Source of the DNA: a virus
Virus record (IMG/VR): IMGVR_UViG_3300042453_004434
Coordinates: 68,699 to 132,698 of that record
Length of the DNA stretch: 64,000 nt
Strand: one strand, 5' to 3'
Positions within the stretch are counted from its first letter, which is position 1, and each line of letters begins with the position of its first letter. The position numbers and the translations under genes were made by a program. Of this stretch, positions 47,824 through 56,042 are shown in pieces. The notes beneath the pieces were generated by a model that saw only the letters and a list, made by a program, of their open reading frames with translations, was not told the DNA's origin and did not search any database.

Positions 47824-49133
47824 AAATTATGAATAAATAAATCTAAGTTTTTCTTAATGTAGCATATTTGCTCCTCAGTTATTACTGGACTTGTTCCTAA
47901 GAAAAAAGTATCTGTTGTGATTTTACGAGCTGTTGGATATTTTTCAATAACATCTTTGGGATTCATAATACCTGAATATGCTGGTTGAAGCATAATGTTG
48001 CCAGCAAAATAAGGGCGGGTTTGAATTTTAGCGTTTTCAAAATGTTGGACAATATGTTTACGCTTAAATGGGGCATTGTTTTTAATAGTTATTGCAAATG
48101 CAAACCAGCTTGGGTCTGATAATTTAGTTGCTTTAGGAATAATAAAATAATCTTCATATTGGCTAAAAGCTTCGCAGAGCAGAGCATGATTACGCTTTCT
48201 TAAAAAATGTATTTCTGGAAGTTTTTTAATTTGAGCCAAGCCCATTGAAGCTTGAAGCTCCATTGGTTTTAAATTATATCCTATTTCATCATAAACATAT
48301 TTATGATCAAACTCTTCATCTGGAAGTTCTGGAAGCCAATTGGAAAAGCGTTTTCCGCATGAACCGTTCTTTAATAAATTAGCTTTCTTTCCAACACAAT
48401 AACATCCACGCCCCCATTCTCTAAAACTTCTTGTTATTATTTCTTGTAATTGAGTCTTGCAAGCCACAAAACCTCCTTCACCCATAGTCATGTGATGTGC
48501 AGGATAAAAACTGCAACTAGCAAGTTCACCAAAACTGCCAAGTGGTTTTCCATCATAAGTAGAACCCAAAGCATCGCAACAATCTTCGAGTAATATAAGA
48601 TTATATTGATTTACAATTTCCATCAATCGATTCATGTTTGGAGGATTTCCAAGAACATGAGCAAAAGTAATTATTTTTGCCCCTTTCTTTGCAGCTTCTT
48701 CAACTTGATCTAAATTAAGATTAAGAGTATCAAGATCTATATCAACAAAGATAGGTTCAAATCCAACTTGAAATATTGGATTGATAGTAGTTGGAAATCC
48801 AGCTATAGGAGTAATTACTTTTGTGCCTTTTGGAAAATTGTATAATCTTTTAGACGTCATAGCTGACATCATAATCAAATTAGAACTGCTTCCGCTATTT
48901 GTTAATATACCATATTCTTTGCCGAGATGCTTAGGAAATTTGGTTTCAAAGGTAATAGCATCTTGTCCAAGCACAAGCCAACCATTTAACAAAGACTTTA
49001 TGGAAGAAATGTACTCTTCTGAAGTAAAATATGGACCAGCATACTGAACCCAGTCTTTGCCGGGGATCCAAGTTTTTGGTTTGCTATCAATATAATTTTT
49101 TACTAATTCTAAAATGTTATTTAGTTCGTCCAT
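47820..49133 (-). CDS. rfbH: NDP-4-keto-6-deoxyglucose 3-dehydratase (RfbH/DdhC, E1)
   Basis: NSGSSSNL, GFPTT, HVLGNP, EDCCDALGS, SFYPAHHMTMGEGG, WGRGCYC..C Fe-S motif, DHKYVY..IGYNLK. Confidence 0.92.
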   Translation of the reverse strand: MDELNNILELVKNYIDSKPKTWIPGKDWVQYAGPYFTSEEYISSIKSLLNGWLVLGQDAITFETKFPKHLGKEYGILTNSGSSSNLIMMSAMTSKRLYNFPKGTKVITPIAGFPTTINPIFQVGFEPIFVDIDLDTLNLNLDQVEEAAKKGAKIITFAHVLGNPPNMNRLMEIVNQYNLILLEDCCDALGSTYDGKPLGSFGELASCSFYPAHHMTMGEGGFVACKTQLQEIITRSFREWGRGCYCVGKKANLLKNGSCGKRFSNWLPELPDEEFDHKYVYDEIGYNLKPMELQASMGLAQIKKLPEIHFLRKRNHALLCEAFSQYEDYFIIPKATKLSDPSWFAFAITIKNNAPFKRKHIVQHFENAKIQTRPYFAGNIMLQPAYSGIMNPKDVIEKYPTARKITTDTFFLGTSPVITEEQICYIKKNLDLFIHNL

Positions 49134-49843
49134 TTATCTCTCCATTTTTTTTGAATAAGTTTATCATATTTTATTTCATCGCTTTGCATTTGCCAAGTCG
49201 CTTGAGATTCATTTATTCTATAATAATAACCTATCCATTTCGAACAGTTTTCAATATATAAATTTTTATCAACGATTTGACAATATAAATCATAATCTCC
49301 AGCTCCAGAATATTTTAATGGATTCGCAGATATATTATATTTTTTCTCAATTTCTGTTTTTCTAAAAACTGTAGGAGAATTTACATAACAACCTTTTAAT
49401 AAAAGACTTTTTAAATCGGCAATATTATTATAATTTTGTGTCATTTCTCTTAAAATGTTTTTATCATTATCAACCCATTTTAAAGAAGATTGAAAAAATT
49501 TACAATTTTTTGTTTTTATAAATTCAACAGAATTTTTAATATAATCTTTATCTATATAATCGTCTGATGCGATAATTGTATAATATTCGCCAGAAATATA
49601 ATTAAAAGCTTTTTCAACGCATTCATCCCAGCAGCGAGGATATATGTTTATTGCACTGTCAAATATAAATCTATTAGGATAAGTGTTTTGAAACTCTTTT
49701 ATTATTTCTACGCTATTGTCAGTACTTTCATTATCAATAATTATTAATTGTAAATTTTCGTACGTTTGATTCAAGCAAGATGTTAAACATTCTGCAATAT
49801 ATTTTCCTTTATTGTAATTAGGAACTATAATTGAAATTTTCAT
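49121..49843 (-). CDS. GT2 glycosyltransferase
   Basis: ISIIVPNYN, IIDNESTDNS, ASDD, GDYDL. Confidence 0.92.
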   Translation of the reverse strand: MKISIIVPNYNKGKYIAECLTSCLNQTYENLQLIIIDNESTDNSVEIIKEFQNTYPNRFIFDSAINIYPRCWDECVEKAFNYISGEYYTIIASDDYIDKDYIKNSVEFIKTKNCKFFQSSLKWVDNDKNILREMTQNYNNIADLKSLLLKGCYVNSPTVFRKTEIEKKYNISANPLKYSGAGDYDLYCQIVDKNLYIENCSKWIGYYYRINESQATWQMQSDEIKYDKLIQKKWRDKWTN

Positions 49844-50747
49844 TTATATTAATAAATTGTTGAACTCTTTTGATATACGTATGTTTTTCTTCTATTATTT
49901 TTTTATTTTGTTTTTTATATAGATTTAATTCATAAAGATCCCATTGACAAAATTCTTTAGCTTTTTCTATTAACTCGTCAATATTGTTTGATTGATAGCA
50001 ATGAGGAAATAATAATCCTAACTGTTTAACAGAGTCAGATATTAAAATACCATTGCAGCCTAGTGATTTGAAAGTTCTTTCATTCGTATCTAATCCTAAA
50101 GTTCTTTGATACAAATCATGTATATTTAATGCAATTTTTGATCTATTTAAAACATAATTTTCTAAATCGTGTGATATGTTTTGACCTACTGAAAATCCAC
50201 ATTTAAAACCGGCTTTTAAAAAAGCGTTTAACGTATCTTGCATAATAATAATTTTTTCATTAAATCCATTATTAGCAAAACCACCAATAAAACAAATATC
50301 ATAATCGTAATCATAATTATAAGTTTCATCGGATGTATAATTTATATTATCATAAGCTAGTGGCATCGATATAACATTTTTCCATAATGAAAAATATGTT
50401 TTCGTATCATATCCAAAAGTCCATTTAATTATGTTTTTTAAATTATTAATTTTATCAATCAATTCAGAAGATAAAGAGCATAAAAAATTTGGATGTTTTC
50501 CCCAGTGATGCGGAAATTCGTTGGGTTGTACATATAAAAAAGTTTTTTCGCTATTTTTTAAATATTTTAAATTTTGTTCATTTACAATTCCTTCTGTGAT
50601 AAATAACCAATAGTTACAATCATCTTTTATTTCCTCTAGTTGAGAAATAAATTTTACTTGATAATCCAAATAAGCCCACGCATGAGCATAACCAGAATAA
50701 ATCCATTTACCGGCAAATTCAGAATGCCTTTGAATATAAATTTTCAT
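49818..50747 (-). CDS. Glycosyltransferase (CgeB/Glyco_trans_1_2-like)
   Basis: DICFIG, SKIALNIH, NERTFKSLG, HTYIKRV. Confidence 0.8.
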   Translation of the reverse strand: MKIYIQRHSEFAGKWIYSGYAHAWAYLDYQVKFISQLEEIKDDCNYWLFITEGIVNEQNLKYLKNSEKTFLYVQPNEFPHHWGKHPNFLCSLSSELIDKINNLKNIIKWTFGYDTKTYFSLWKNVISMPLAYDNINYTSDETYNYDYDYDICFIGGFANNGFNEKIIIMQDTLNAFLKAGFKCGFSVGQNISHDLENYVLNRSKIALNIHDLYQRTLGLDTNERTFKSLGCNGILISDSVKQLGLLFPHCYQSNNIDELIEKAKEFCQWDLYELNLYKKQNKKIIEEKHTYIKRVQQFININENFNYSS

Positions 50748-51649
50748 ATTTTATTTATCTCTTTAAGAATATTGTTTAATCTGATTTTTGAAGTATGTTC
50801 TTTTAAAAATCTTTCATTTCCTTTTTGAGTAATTTTTTGCATTTCGTTTTCATTGTTTAAAAAGAATTGAGCCTTGTCAATGCATTCTTCTATATTTTCA
50901 AAACAAATTATTTCATCATTTGGTTTATAATATATTTCTATATTTTCGACATTTTCAGTTAATAACATGCTATTAGCACAAGTCGCTTCAAAAATTCGCA
51001 ATTTCATTTGGCGTTTTTTTTGAGTATCGTTATCATTCACGGTAAGATTCAAAACCATTTTACAAGATGCGTATAACGATATCATATCTTCATAAGAACA
51101 TCCTGAAAAATATGAAATCTGTTGATTCAATTTTTTTAAAAAGTTCAATCTAGTTTGATTCAATCCACCGCAAAAACCAATATTATATTTTTTTTGATTT
51201 AGTAAATATAAATCTTCATTGCAGTGCCATTGCCCTAGAATTATATTGTTATAGCCAGATTGTTTAAATTTCTGAATATAAGAATATTCTGGAGTGGAGC
51301 AAACATTGAAATAGTGACAAAAATACTGAGAAAAATTTTCGAACCTCCAAGTATCATCGCAAAACCAATTAAATGTCTTGATTTTACCAGAGTTGGTTAT
51401 TTGTTTAATTTCTTCAATTGGTTCATAGGGAGTAATTTGAGGATTGCCAGTTAAACAACAAAAAATTAAATCAGGTTGGAATCGCTCGACAACTTTAGAA
51501 AAATTTTTTTCTTTTGGGTTTATAGTATCATAAAAATATACTTCATGTCCTAGCTCTATTAATGGAATATATACATTATAGTAACCAGAATCCATTCTGT
51601 TTAGATTTTCGCGAGGCAAATTTTTATTACAAACTAATATTATTTTCAT
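50744..51649 (-). CDS. Glycosyltransferase (CgeB/Glyco_trans_1_2-like)
   Basis: WFCDD, IGFCG, KMVLN, KLRIFEA, EHTSKIRL. Confidence 0.82.
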   Translation of the reverse strand: MKIILVCNKNLPRENLNRMDSGYYNVYIPLIELGHEVYFYDTINPKEKNFSKVVERFQPDLIFCCLTGNPQITPYEPIEEIKQITNSGKIKTFNWFCDDTWRFENFSQYFCHYFNVCSTPEYSYIQKFKQSGYNNIILGQWHCNEDLYLLNQKKYNIGFCGGLNQTRLNFLKKLNQQISYFSGCSYEDMISLYASCKMVLNLTVNDNDTQKKRQMKLRIFEATCANSMLLTENVENIEIYYKPNDEIICFENIEECIDKAQFFLNNENEMQKITQKGNERFLKEHTSKIRLNNILKEINKI

Positions 51650-52509
51650 ATTTTATTCCAGAATATAATGTGAGCGTTTTTGCAATCATTAATGAATTTT
51701 TCTTTCCCGTGTTTTACAAAATATCGATAGCTGCCTATTTGATTTACTTTATTACTTATTATCTTACAGCCGCATAAAAAAGCTTCTGCAAAAGAACGAC
51801 AAAATGGTTCTTTTAGATTTGGATTGTAGTAAAAATGAGAATACTTATTATAAATTTCTGGCATTTTTGAATAATCGGTGATTCCAATGTATTCAACATT
51901 TGGAATGCTTCTATATAAAAATTCCAAAGATGGATAATTGGTCCATCCAGATACAACAAATTTTAAATCTGTATTCTGTAACACAAAATCAAAAAATTCA
52001 TAGCTTCCTTTTAAAGGATGCATGTAGCCAGCGTATAAAATTTTATTTTCTCTTTCTTTTTTTAGATCGCAAAACAAATCGGTATCGATAGGATCAGGAA
52101 CTATTTCTACGTTATGAAATATATCGCCATAATCTTCAACAAAGTATTGATGGTGATATTCGGTTAAAAAGAATGTCTTTTTGCAATTAGAAAATAGTTT
52201 TTTCCTTTGTTCGTTTGTTAGATAGTTGTTAGAATCATGTTCAATGCGAATATGATGCTTGTGTTTAGATATCTCATCTAATAACCAGCTATTGGAAAAA
52301 TGCAATGAACAAATATTAGAAGTTATTAGAATATCATAGTCGTGCAAATTTATATGAGATCCAAAGTTAAACTTATTAACTTTTAAAATATTATATCCTA
52401 ATGACCTTCCATGATCTATTAGGATCTTATCGCTTCTTTGCGCTCCGCCAGCCGCTTGATCTAAATCAAAATCTGCAAGCCAAAGTATTTTTTTATTGAC
52501 ATCTTGCAT
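51646..52509 (-). CDS. GT4 glycosyltransferase
   Basis: GGAQ, LYAG..HPLKG, EPFCRSFAEAFLCG. Confidence 0.85.
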   Translation of the reverse strand: MQDVNKKILWLADFDLDQAAGGAQRSDKILIDHGRSLGYNILKVNKFNFGSHINLHDYDILITSNICSLHFSNSWLLDEISKHKHHIRIEHDSNNYLTNEQRKKLFSNCKKTFFLTEYHHQYFVEDYGDIFHNVEIVPDPIDTDLFCDLKKERENKILYAGYMHPLKGSYEFFDFVLQNTDLKFVVSGWTNYPSLEFLYRSIPNVEYIGITDYSKMPEIYNKYSHFYYNPNLKEPFCRSFAEAFLCGCKIISNKVNQIGSYRYFVKHGKEKFINDCKNAHIIFWNKI

Positions 52510-52530
52510 TTATTAATATACTCTAATCTT

Positions 52531-52836
52531 ATGTTTAAGACAGAAGAAAGTCAAGAAGATTTTTATCTAGTTGAATGTGCTGATTGGCAAAGTATTATTT
52601 TAAGTTGTAGTTATACTGAAGCTGCTACTATAGCCTTAAAGGAGGTAATAGAAAAGCTAGGTAAAAATACTAAATTATCACTCTTAATGAATATTAAAAA
52701 AGTTAATGATAGTGATGATAAAATTGAATTTTTACACGTTCCAGAAGTATTAACAGATTTAGGATATTATAAATTGGCTAAAGATTTATCTTCTTTATCC
52801 TCTTTTTTTCTTGACAAAGGAGAACCTTTACATTAA
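52531..52836 (+). CDS. Hypothetical protein
   Basis: First gene of the plus-strand block; start trimmed to the ATG at 52531. Confidence 0.6.
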   Translation: MFKTEESQEDFYLVECADWQSIILSCSYTEAATIALKEVIEKLGKNTKLSLLMNIKKVNDSDDKIEFLHVPEVLTDLGYYKLAKDLSSLSSFFLDKGEPLH

Positions 52837-52839
52837 ACT
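52811..52839 (+). promoter_or_regulatory. Sigma70-type promoter of the kinase / sigma / GT operon
   Basis: TTGACA-N17-TAAACT. Confidence 0.65.
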
Positions 52840-52955
52840 TTCGAAGTCTTCGAAGAAAGTTTAATTAATCAAAGTCAAACCACAGCGAATTTCCATAGTG
52901 TCACGTTAAAAAATTCCTCTGACTAACCTTAATAATTTCCTTAGGTATACCTTAG

Positions 52956-53585
52956 ATGCAAAACACTCATAATTTTATTATTAAACGTAGAAAAAAAATC
53001 GTGCAAAAAGAACTTCCGCTTATTTTTGGAATAGCTGGCGTTGCTAGATGTGGCAAAGATACATTAGGAAAATATTTAATGCAAAAACTTCAAAAGAATG
53101 GATTTCCTTGTTTAACGATATCGTTTGCTTCTGCATTAAAACATGATCTAGATGACTTTTTGAAAGATAAACTTAACATTTCGGCTTTTACTGAAAACAA
53201 TGCTGAAAAAGATGTTATAAGACCTATTCTAGTTTCTTACGGCACAGATGTTTGCAGAAAACTAGATCAAGATTACTGGATTAAAAAAATAGAGAAAAAA
53301 GTTAAATCTTCTATCAATAATAAAATAATAGTTATTATTACTGATGTAAGATATGAAAACGAAGCTAAATGGATTAAACAAAACGGCGGTTTTGTTATAC
53401 ATTTAAACAGAATGGGTCAAAAACCCGCTAATTTTCAAGAGAAACTAAACGATCCTATATTAAAACGAGCGGCAGACTATAAAATAAAATGGAAAACATT
53501 TACTGAAGAAAAAGAAACTTGCAATTGGCATATAAATCGTTTATTCTTTAAAAATAAATGGTCATTATATGGAGAATTTAAGTGA
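52956..53585 (+). CDS. Deoxynucleoside monophosphate kinase (T4 gp1-like P-loop)
   Basis: GIAGVARCGKDT, SFASALK, R.ILVSYGTD..R..D.DYW, ITDVRYENE. Confidence 0.85.
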   Translation: MQNTHNFIIKRRKKIVQKELPLIFGIAGVARCGKDTLGKYLMQKLQKNGFPCLTISFASALKHDLDDFLKDKLNISAFTENNAEKDVIRPILVSYGTDVCRKLDQDYWIKKIEKKVKSSINNKIIVIITDVRYENEAKWIKQNGGFVIHLNRMGQKPANFQEKLNDPILKRAADYKIKWKTFTEEKETCNWHINRLFFKNKWSLYGEFK

Positions 53586-54174
53586 TATACAATTAATCAA
53601 AAATATAAAAAGAAATAAACATGTAGATCAATCTTTATCAGAGTTAATCGATAGGCATTCTGGAATTTATCTAGATATCGTTAATTCTTTTCTAAAGAAC
53701 TGCAATAACGATACTTTAAGAGAAGAAATCATAAACGATAAAGAATTAGCAATATATAATTCTGCCTTGAAATACGATGAAGATAAAGGAACTAAGTTTT
53801 CTACGTTTTTAGGAAATGAAGCTAAATGGATGTGTCTAAATGCTTCTAATAAAAATAGAAAATATATTGAACTAAACGATCATTCTTATGATTTTGAAAA
53901 AATAAAGTATGAATGTAATAAAGCTCAACAAGACTTTAAAGATTCAGTATTAAAAGATTTTAAAGTACAGCTGCAAAATCATCCTGATAAAAGATTGCAC
54001 AAGATATTCTCGATGAGATACTCAGGTAATAAAAAACTTACACCCTGGAGAAAAATAAGCAAAGAAATGAAATTAAGCATACAAGGATGTATTAATATTC
54101 ATAATGCTGCATTGAATTCTATATCTAAAAACATAAGATCTAAATATGAGATTACTAGTTTCAGCGCCGATTAA
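53569..54174 (+). CDS. Phage RNA polymerase sigma factor (sigma70 family)
   Basis: Region 2 ALKYDEDKGTKFSTFL; region 4 HTH (RY...TPWRKISKEMKLS). Confidence 0.8.
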   Translation: MENLSDIQLIKNIKRNKHVDQSLSELIDRHSGIYLDIVNSFLKNCNNDTLREEIINDKELAIYNSALKYDEDKGTKFSTFLGNEAKWMCLNASNKNRKYIELNDHSYDFEKIKYECNKAQQDFKDSVLKDFKVQLQNHPDKRLHKIFSMRYSGNKKLTPWRKISKEMKLSIQGCINIHNAALNSISKNIRSKYEITSFSAD

Positions 54175-55228
54175 TTCTTTATCTTTTGGAAATGTTTCTG
54201 TAAACATTTTAAGAGAGTTTTATAAGAAAAATATAGATTTGGTGTTCTTTCCGATTGGAGATAAGTTAGATTTTGGCGCTTATGATAAGATCGACAATGA
54301 TTTTATTGAATATGTAAAGAAAGCTGCATCATCTAGATACGAAAAGATAGATAAGGATTTGCCATCTTTAAAGCTATGGCATATTAACTCTAGCGAATCT
54401 CGATATACAAAAAATCAATCTCTTTTGACTTTTCACGAAGTATCTCAAGTAACACCCATCGAAAAAAATATTCTTAAATGCCAAGATCAATTATTCGTAA
54501 CCTCTAATTACACGAAACGAATATTTGAAATGAACGATATTGCAAATGTAAAATTTGTTCCTCTTGGTTTTGATAAAGATTTTTGTTTAACTGGAAAAAC
54601 TTATTTAGAAGACAAAATTCATTTTGGAATACTTGGTAAGTTTGAAAAAAGAAAAAACACAGCCAGAATAATCAAATCTTGGCTTAAGCTTTTTGGTAAT
54701 AATTCTAAGTATCAGCTATCTTGCGCTGTAACAAATCCGTTCTTAGACAAAGCTAAATTTCAAGACGAAATGATTAAGATATTTGAAGGCAAGCAGTACA
54801 ATAATATTAATTTTGTACCTTATATGCAGACAAATAGTGAAGTCAATGATTACCTCAACAGTATAGACATTGATCTCAGTGGATTAAGCGGAGCAGAAGG
54901 ATGGAACTTGCCATCATTTAATTCTACCGCGTTAGGCAAATGGAGCGTTGTCATGAACGCAACAGCTCACAAAGATTGGGCGACAGCAGACAATTGCATT
55001 CTAATCGAACCAACAAAGCTAAAAGACTGTTACGATGGAATCTTTTTCACTCCTAACTCAGCTTTTAATCAAGGTCAGTTTTTTGATATTTCAGATGATG
55101 AAATGGATGCTGCGATTTTAAAATCTGTTGAATACGCAAAGAAGCCCAATCCAAACGGACTAAAGCTACAAGAAAAGTTCACATATGAGACAACAGCTGA
55201 CACACTTCTTGGCTCAATAAAGAATTAA
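54146..55228 (+). CDS. GT4 glycosyltransferase
   Basis: SLSFG, VPLGFD, GKFEKRKN, SGAEGWNLP, TAHKDW. Confidence 0.85.
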   Translation: MRLLVSAPINSLSFGNVSVNILREFYKKNIDLVFFPIGDKLDFGAYDKIDNDFIEYVKKAASSRYEKIDKDLPSLKLWHINSSESRYTKNQSLLTFHEVSQVTPIEKNILKCQDQLFVTSNYTKRIFEMNDIANVKFVPLGFDKDFCLTGKTYLEDKIHFGILGKFEKRKNTARIIKSWLKLFGNNSKYQLSCAVTNPFLDKAKFQDEMIKIFEGKQYNNINFVPYMQTNSEVNDYLNSIDIDLSGLSGAEGWNLPSFNSTALGKWSVVMNATAHKDWATADNCILIEPTKLKDCYDGIFFTPNSAFNQGQFFDISDDEMDAAILKSVEYAKKPNPNGLKLQEKFTYETTADTLLGSIKN

Positions 55229-55274
55229 AAGTGTCAAAATGACTCTATTAAATGATTTTTCAGCTTAAAAAAAT

Positions 55275-55290
55275 TGGCATGATTCTTGCT
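55275..55290 (+). promoter_or_regulatory. Sigma54 (-24/-12) promoter upstream of hsp20
   Basis: TGGCATGATTCTTGCT matches TGGCAYG-N4-TTGCW; an imperfect palindrome GTGTCA-AAA-TGACTC lies at 55231-55245. Confidence 0.7.
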
Positions 55291-55292
55291 AT

Positions 55293-55592
55293 ATGTATTT
55301 TACTATGTACTACAAAACTCTTAAATATACATATAACGACACCGATAATGAACTAGTTTTTAATTTTGAACTAGCTGGTAAATCTAAAGAAAACGTTAAG
55401 ATCTTTACCTCAAATAAAGCGCTTAATATTAAAGTAGACGACAAGCAAACATTTGCTGTTGACTTTGATGATTATTTATATGATGTAAATGATTATGACT
55501 TTGAAAGCGTAACCGCTAAAATGAGTAACGGCTTACTATCAGTTAAATTGCCCAAGAAGAAAGAAAGATTGAGAACGATAGAAATAGAATAA
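55293..55592 (+). CDS. Small heat-shock protein (Hsp20/alpha-crystallin)
   Basis: ELAGKSKENVKI, AKMSNGLLSVKLPK, terminal IEIE. Confidence 0.85.
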   Translation: MYFTMYYKTLKYTYNDTDNELVFNFELAGKSKENVKIFTSNKALNIKVDDKQTFAVDFDDYLYDVNDYDFESVTAKMSNGLLSVKLPKKKERLRTIEIE

Positions 55593-55596
55593 AAAG

Positions 55597-55621
55597 AAGC
55601 GCGGCCTAAAAACCGCGCTTT
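55597..55621 (+). terminator. Intrinsic terminator
   Basis: AAGCGCGG-loop-CCGCGCTTT. Confidence 0.8.
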
Positions 55622-55649
55622 AATTTTTTATATATTTCATATAATAGTT

Positions 55650-56042
55650 ATGGTCTATCAATTCAAAAATAAAAAAACAGGCAAAATCATTGATGTAGTA
55701 ATGCCAATGAAAGAATATAAGCATTATTGCGGTGAAAACGGAGATGAAAATTTCTGGGAACGAGTTTATGATTTGCCGCAAGTTAATATTGGAAATGCAA
55801 AAGTAGTTGATCCTTTTGATAATAAAGGATTCGTGAATAAAACAGCAAATATGAAAGGTCGATATGGTGATCTATTAGATTATTCTTCTGAATTATCAGA
55901 TCGTAGAGCATCTTTGAATGGCGGCGAAGATCCCATCAAACGCAAGTATTTCGACGATTACAAAAAGAAAACAAATGGCAAAAAACATATAAAAGATAAA
56001 CCGAAAACCATAGAAACAAAAAATGCAAAAATTGAATTTTGA
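55650..56042 (+). CDS. FmdB-like small protein (zinc-ribbon Cys largely lost)
   Basis: MVYQFKNKKTG...M.....WERVY.LP pattern. Confidence 0.5.
   Translation: MVYQFKNKKTGKIIDVVMPMKEYKHYCGENGDENFWERVYDLPQVNIGNAKVVDPFDNKGFVNKTANMKGRYGDLLDYSSELSDRRASLNGGEDPIKRKYFDDYKKKTNGKKHIKDKPKTIETKNAKIEF

Noticed and set aside
7470-52091. Numerous plus-strand ORFs of 60-126 aa (e.g. 8229-8567, 8983-9258, 35653-36033, 38940-39221)
   Set aside because: They are antisense shadows of well-supported minus-strand genes, with no recognisable motifs.
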